Part shown: positions 50,303 to 64,000 of the stretch, in pieces
How positions within the stretch are numbered: position 1 is the first letter of the stretch
Layout: the number at the start of each line of letters is the position of its first letter
DNA from: Octopus vulgaris
Lineage: Eukaryota
NCBI GenBank assembly: GCA_951406725.2
Contig: OX597818.1
Coordinates: 94,984,001 to 95,048,000, forward strand
DNA: 64,000 bases
Direction of reading: 5' to 3'
Notes under the pieces: model-generated
What the model was told of the DNA's origin: nothing
Databases searched by the model: none
Seen by the model: the letters and a program-made list of their open reading frames with translations, nothing else
Made by a program: the position numbers and the translations under genes

Positions 50303-53300
50303 GTAAGTTAAATACATCTTACATGTGTGTCTGCGTATGTTCATGTATGTGTATTCATATATTTATAATATATATATAATTCATCTATATATACATATAC
50401 TTACACAAGTATTTATATTACAAGTTCATTGACATTACAATATGCACTCATAGTTTGATAACCGAGAAAAAATTTTTTACGCTCAGTAGCCACTGACATA
50501 TAAGGTGGTGAAAATGTAATGCTGTGGTGTTCATCCTTTGTTTTCTCAAAGACATTATTGGCTTGAATTTATATAGAATAGGCTTAAACCGAAAATCGAA
50601 ACCGCGTCGCTAGTTTCGTTTCTCGGGAACTTACCTATGACTACCGTATTGGTACGGTAACAATAAGGATTTTTTACACTGGGAAACCACAAGTTAGAGA
50701 TGTGGAGGACACGATCGATCCAGAAGGATAAAAGGCAAAGTAGATACTGAACAGATTCGAACACTAATAATTTTTATAACGATGAAAAAAAAAATTACAA
50801 ACAGCGTCAAAGTTTTGTTAAAGTATTGTTGTGGTTGAAGATTGAATTTAACCTCTATTTTACATGATCCAGCACGGGAGTCTCTATTGATCGCTTGACC
50901 TGCTACTAATAGGAGTTAAATTTCATAACCTATCGTGTTAAAAATGATTTCTTAGATTCTAGCGATCCTCGAACATTTTGTTTAGAGTTACATCGGATAA
51001 TTATTACGTACCTGGTACCTGAAAAAAATGACGGGATGTTCATTGCTGGAATGCTTTTGATCATAGGTCTAACTAATCAGGCCACGGGGCTGAACAACAG
51101 CGATTGTTTTCTGCGTTCATAGGGAAAAAGAGAAAAACACAATTAAGTTGACACAGGCCGGACTTGAACTCTGCATTGTGAGGATCCAAACCGTGTGGGT
51201 TATATGTACCTGACTCACGTGTTTCAGAATAAATAAATAAATTATAAGGTACAACGCGTCACGTTTATAAAGATATGAGGATGGAGGTTAAATAGTGGAA
51301 AGATGTGACGTTCATGCCTTTATGAAGTGTTTTTTTTTATTCAAGCGTTAAATGTTGCAAATGCTTGTACGGGGAATCGAAAGTGCGGCATTTGACTTAG
51401 CTGGCCGAGTGATTTATATAACGATTTACAAAGATATATAAGGTTGTGTAATTACGGGGAGGCAGCATGGTAAGTAACGACATCCATGAGGTCTTTAGAT
51501 GGAGTGAAATAGCTTTAATCGAGATTTTAAGGTGGAATGTATACGACTGACGCACCTTTGAATGTAGACCTCTTTGATCGGAGATTGACCTGAGGCTGAA
51601 CAACTAAAAATAATGATAATTTCTCCTGTTGCATAAGCTTATACACACTAGCAAGGGAAATGGGTGATAGATCCATTTCTAAATATGACTGGTGTTTATT
51701 TTTACCGACCTGCATCAGAAGATATAAAGTGAAGTCGATCTTCGCCGGATTAGAACTCAGAACGTAAAAAAGAACTAAATACTTTTATTGATATAACTAT
51801 ATTTGTTATACCCGTTTTGTTCTTTATTTCCTCATAACTTTTGGAAAAGAAGTTTTATAGATTACCTTTTCGAGTGTTATAGATTTACTGATTTTGATTA
51901 TGTTGATAATATTTACAGTAAAACTTTGGAAGATTTTTAAATCATTCTTTTCCTCTCTCCGACTTAATTACCACGAATTTCCATAACTTTAGCACTTTTC
52001 AAAGTTCAGTTTTTTTTTCCGACTTATATGTTGAAACCTCAACATTATGTAACTTGCACTCTTGAAGTAAAATGTCATTTAAAAATATGCAGAGTCGTGG
52101 GGGGAAAAAATTAGTGGGATGGGGCATCAAACTGTCTTTATACCAAGTATTTTGTTTTCAAGGGTGCTTTTTTACTTCTTCTTTTCTTCATTAATAAAGC
52201 AGGCTGAATATTACATTTTTTCATTAGGGAAGTGAATCGTTTACCTCCAGTTCGGCTCTGTTGAGCAAAATCAAGCCGTCTGGATATATTAGACGAAGGA
52301 CTTTCAAAATGAAAAAAAAAAAAAAATATCGGAAACAATCTAGTGCGCCAAAATTCATACCTCCGGGTTTGCGTATGTTTTAAGCATCGCAGATTATGAA
52401 TTTATAAAATAGAAAAGTTCTTTTGGTGTGATGAGGTGGGGAAATTTTTCCTCTACACATACACTTTCTATAATTTTTCAGAATTAAGTTTTAAACATCT
52501 TCAAAACTACAAGTAACGCTAATTCGGGGGGGGGGGGGGATTTCGAAAAATGCCTACATTGAAAATATACTGAAAAGGAGGAAGGCAAAACTATTTCACG
52601 TTGTTTTAGTGCGCTAATTCGTTATCAACGTTGCTTAAAACATACAGATCCGAAAAAAATCGAACTAGATAATTTCCGATTCTATTCTATAGCAACAATG
52701 CACTGTTTTCCAAGAGTCCTTTTATTTTTAAAGTCGATAGGAATGGTTTGGAAGAGAGGAAAAAATTGGCTGCTATTTCTAATACTACGTGTGGCCACTT
52801 TGAAACTCCCGTGTTGTTGCTATAGTGAAAGCAGGTTTTACAAGGAAGCTATACTTTATCGTAATATTGAAGTTGTATATTTTATTTGTGTATTTTGTAA
52901 CATGTTGTTAAGCTCCTAGTAGAGGTTGGTCGGTTGTTATTCTATACATTATAAGGTTATGAAGTTTGAAATCGAATGTCTTGTTTGTTACATTTATTTA
53001 AATTGTTTGATTGGATTGTTAATACTGAAAGTCGAACGAAAGCGATTGGTATAAACACTCGACTTACAGCTCGTTCTCAATAAATGCGCAAACAGTACAC
53101 AGTAACCTACCTGTAGTGTGCGTGTGAGGGGGCGCAGGTGTGACTCTCTGGTAAGAAGTTTGCTTGCCGTCGCTAATCGCATGCAACCCCTGCGGTCGCA
53201 GGGTTCCTACGCGGTTGAGGGGCCCCATGTGAAGATCAAAGTACGTAGATGAGTCATAATTTTACTTTGGTTAAGATGTTGAACAATAATTAAATTTTCA

Positions 53301-53700
53301 ATTAAATGTTAATTGAAATTTTCAAGAAATAAAATGGTAATACACTGTACCTGCAAAACTTCTTGTAAAAACATTGCATTGTACCACGAACGTCTCTACC
53401 TAAATATTATGAATTTTGATTGAAAGGATGGGGCCTCGAAACAAAAAGTTGCAGGGAGCCTCTAAAAGTCAAGCGACGTGCCTGCAACCACATGGTTCCA
53501 AATTCAGTCCCACTGCGTGGCACCTTGGGCAAGTGTCTGCTACTATAGCCACGGGCCAACCAAAGCCTTGTGAATGGATTTGGAAGACGGAAACTGAAAG
53601 AAGCCCGTTATATATGTGTGTGTGTTAGTGTGTTTGTACCCCTGTTGTGTTTACATCCCCGCAGCTTAAAGGTTCGGCAAAAGATACTTATAAGATAAGT

Positions 53701-53800
53701 NNNNNNNNNNNNNNNNNNNNNNNNNNNNNNNNNNNNNNNNNNNNNNNNNNNNNNNNNNNNNNNNNNNNNNNNNNNNNNNNNNNNNNNNNNNNNNNNNNNN
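53701..53800. other. Assembly gap (100 N)
   Basis: Run of n. Confidence 1.
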
Positions 53801-60372
<6,572 letters not shown>

Positions 60373-60917
60373 TAATACTTAAAGATAAAATAAATTACTT
60401 TGTTGAAATTATATATATATGTATATATATATATGTATGTATATATGTGTATATATATGTGTATATATATGTGTGTATATATATGTGTGTATATATATGT
60501 GTGTATATATATGTGTATATATATGTGTATATATATGTATATATATATATATGTATATGTATATATATATATATGTATGTATATATGTATATTTAACACC
60601 CACTTTTCCATACTTGCGTAGGCCAGACGGAGTTTAATTGAGCCAAACTTTCTACAGCTGGGATGCTCTTCCTGTTGTTAACCTTCGTTTGTTTCCATTC
60701 AAGTTAATATTTTCCCATGGCCAGACATGTTTTTGAAGAACATTGGAAATAAATAACACTGCTTGTATGACAGTGACAACCATTTACAACTAACATGCAA
60801 TGTCAAGGCAAGGAGACGAAAACACAAACTTACACATGCACGTGTGCAATGGGCTTCTTTTAGTTTCTGTCAGCCAGATCCATTCACAAGGCTTTGGTCA
60901 GCCCAAGGCTTTAAGTA

Positions 60918-62174
60918 TTGGGTTGGGGAATAATTCATCAGCATTTATTTTTCCAAATTTATTTTATACAAAAAAACTACAACAAATTAATCAATAATAT
61001 ACTCTTCATTGTTGTTTACAACTTCCTCCCATCATTCAATAAGTTTTCAATGCCTCAGCAATAGAAATCTCCATCTTCACTCAAAGAATTTGTCCAACCA
61101 AGCCCTCAATTCCATGTCATTATTGAACGATACACCATGCAAAGCAGTCAAAAGAGATGAAAATTTGTCTGGAGAGTATGGCGGATGAGGCAGTACTTCC
61201 CATTTGAGTTCTTGAATTGGGGCTTTGGTCATATTGGCGATGTGAGGATGGACATTATCGTGTTGCAGAAGAACACCATTTCACCTATTCGGTCTTTTTT
61301 TGCTTAAGTGCTTCATTGAGCCAGTGCAGTTGTTGAATGTAGAGCTCTGCATTGAGTGTTTGGTTGCACTCAAGCAAGTCATTATTAACTGTGCCTTCCC
61401 TGTCCCACCATACACGCAACATGGTCTTTCGAGGATGAAGGTCTTGTTTTGCTCACGGAGTCACTTGTTTGTTGGGGCTGAGCCATTCTTTTCACTGTTT
61501 TGTATTGAGATAAAGGCACCATTTTTCATTGCCAGTGACAATGCAGTATAGAAAACACTGTTTGTGACTATGTGTTGAGCGATGTCAGGTGAGCAAACTG
61601 GCAGTTATTGTGGGGCATTGGTTTCTGTTGTTTTCATTCAAAGTGTGTGGCACCCAAGTGCCAAGTTTCTGAACCTTGCCCATTGAGTGAAGGCGGTTCA
61701 CCATAGTTTTTTTATCACAATTCCATCTGCTTCACCAATTCTCTGGTTGTTTGATGTGGATTTTCATGAAGAAGTTTGATTCAATCTCTTCATCAAACTC
61801 AATTGGTCAACCGGTGTGTGATCTGTACTTGAGGTCAAAATCTCCACTTTTGAAGTGCATAAACCAACAGTGGGCAGTACTTTGAGGCATTGCTTTTTCT
61901 CCATACACAGCACAAATCTCACACACAGTTTAGGTGGCCTTAGCACTTCGATTAAATGCAAAAAGCAAATGGTGTCAAAAATGCTTAGTTTTGTCCACTT
62001 GACATTCCATTTTAATGATCTGAAAATACACAAAAATCAATAAAATCAAAACACTATCTTGTAGAGCAAAAAAAATTCTCTTTTAAACAACATAAAACAC
62101 TTTGCGAGTGTGTTTTATTTCTGTGTGCATTTTTAAATTTGAAAAAAATGCTCATAAATTATTCCTCAACCCAA
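60918..62174 (-). mobile_element. Near full-length decayed mariner (1257 bp) nested in a SINE
   Basis: TIRs ttgggttg(g/a)ggaataatt with TA TSD; transposase MECQVDKTKHF..AFN..AVYGE..STA..WF..FKSGDFDL at ~62013-61000 with stops; SINE halves on both sides. Confidence 0.9.
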
Positions 62175-62770
62175 TACCATAATAGAAGACATTTGTCTAA
62201 GATGCAGTGAGACTGAACCCAACAGTGGTTGGGTGGTAAAATTCTTACCACAAGCCATGCTTCTATATATATATGTGTGTGTGTGTGTTAAAGCAAAAGA
62301 GGTGCCCCTTTTAAGGCAAAGGTGAATAATCACTGATCTTGTTTTAAAATCCAAGAGAGATGCTGTGTTAGTATGTTAGCTAAGCAGCCTGGACCATATC
62401 TGAATGGAAGTAGGTGTTGCAAGCTTTTCATTATAGAAAAGATTCACACGATCCAAGTGCTTTCCTAAACTCAGAAAGTGAAATATTTGGATGCTGCCCA
62501 CATAAGCAGAAATTTATTTTGGTATCATTGTTGTCTCCATTTTTAGACTAGAGCATGACATACACACTACTATACATACACTACTGACATGATTGAACGA
62601 CAGCTAATCTCAATCTATGAGAAGTAACTCCTTTTTACATCTCAGAAAACATTCTTTTTCATAATGTTTTGTAATCACTTATATGCTATAATTCACATTT
62701 TGACCACCAGTTATATATCATAATGAGTAATATACTGCTCAATGATATATCTATGTTTCATGGGTTGGAT

Positions 62771-62825
<55 letters not shown>

Positions 62826-63504
62826 ATATATATATATACATATATATATATATCTTTTCATCACACTCCATTGGTTATGACAATGAGGGTTCCAGTTGAT
62901 CCGATCAATGGAACAACCTGCTCTTTAAATTAACGTGCAAGTGACTGAGCACTCCACAGATACGTGTACCCTTAACATAGTTCTCGGGGAGATTCAGTGT
63001 GATACAGAGTGTGACAAGGCTGACTCTTTGAAATACAGGTACAACAGAAAGAGTGAGAGAAAGTTGTGGTGAAAGTGTACAGCAGCGTTCGCCACCACCC
63101 CCTGCCGGAGCCTCGTGGAGCTTTAGGTGTTTGTGCTCAATAAACACACAACGCCCACTCTGGGAATCAAAACTGCAATCCTACAACCGCAAGTCTGCTG
63201 CCCTAACCACTGGGCCATTGCACCTCCACACACACACACATGTATGCATGTGTGTGTGTATGTATATGTACATATATATGTGTGTCTGCATAGTTAAAAA
63301 TGTTACTTCCCATTCACATAATTTCAGGTTCAGTCCACTTCCTGATACCTTGGGCAAATGTCTTCTACTCTATCCTTGGGCCCAGCATGTGGATTTGGTA
63401 GATGGAAACTGAAAGAAACCTCTTATATATGTGTGTGTGTATGTATATATATATATATATGTGACAGGCTTCTTTGTTTCCATTTACAAAATATGTATGT
63501 CATC

Positions 63505-64000
63505 ATCATCATTGTCATTTAATGTCTGCTTTCCATGCTGGCATGGGTTGGGCGGTTTGACTGAGGACTGGTGAGCCAGAAGGCTGCACTAAGCTCCAAT
63601 CTGATCAGGTAAAGTTTCTACAGCTGGATGCTCTTCTTAGCGCCAACCACTCCGTGAGTGTAGTGGGTGCTTTTATGTGCCACTGGCACAAGGGCCAGTC
63701 AGGCGGTACTGGCAACAACCACGCTCAAAAGTTGTTTTTACAGGCCACCTGCATGGGAGCCAGTCTGGCGGCACTGGCAACGACCATGCTCAAATGTTGT
63801 TTCTCACGTGCCAGTAAGGCGATGCTGGCCCAGCACAAGGGCCAGTCAGGTGGTACTGTCAACAACCACGCTCAAAAGGTGTTTTTTACATGCCACCTGC
63901 ACAGGAGCCAGTCCGGCAGCACTGGCAACGACCATGCTCGAATGTTGTTTTCCACGTGCAACTGGCACATGCGCCAGTGAGGCGACAGTGCCAACGATCA
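63505..64000 (-). mobile_element. RTE 3' UTR-derived or SINE copy with expanded internal ~60-bp repeats
   Basis: Same family as 33690-34050; at least five internal repeat units; runs off the window end. Confidence 0.75.

Noticed and set aside
50635-50800. Antisense exon ending at a perfect AG|GTAAGT donor (50635/50634, minus strand)
   Set aside because: A donor 8-mer alone can occur by chance; no ATG or acceptor support. Needs RNA-seq.

Overview
AT-rich, microsatellite-saturated animal genomic DNA. The SINE, RTE, Penelope and mariner repertoire points to an octopus or other cephalopod (inference). Most of the window is intronic or intergenic and filled with transposable elements: an R4/Dong RLE-LINE end, Helitrons, Tigger, maT, four mariners, two hAT remnants, RTE and CR1 LINEs, Penelope-like elements (PLEs) and tRNA-derived SINEs. 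Nearly all long ORFs in the supplied track are microsatellite artefacts. The only plausible host-gene signal is a CpG-richer promoter region near 50 kb with a candidate signal-peptide first exon (50218-50302, +). The standout feature is a near-identical tandem array of 533-bp non-coding units at 7071-8604. Each unit carries a complete type I hammerhead ribozyme with a self-complementary minimal stem III, the architecture of a retrozyme that could yield 533-nt self-cleaved monomers or circular RNAs. A second, independent hammerhead lies in the 3' pseudo-LTR of a PLE (31801-38693, -) whose RT C-terminal/GIY-YIG frame is uninterrupted; such PLEs are the natural candidate mobiliser. Several fold-back palindromes embedded in (TA)n tracts also look PLE-related. 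All coordinates were read by eye; no database searches or folding programs were run.
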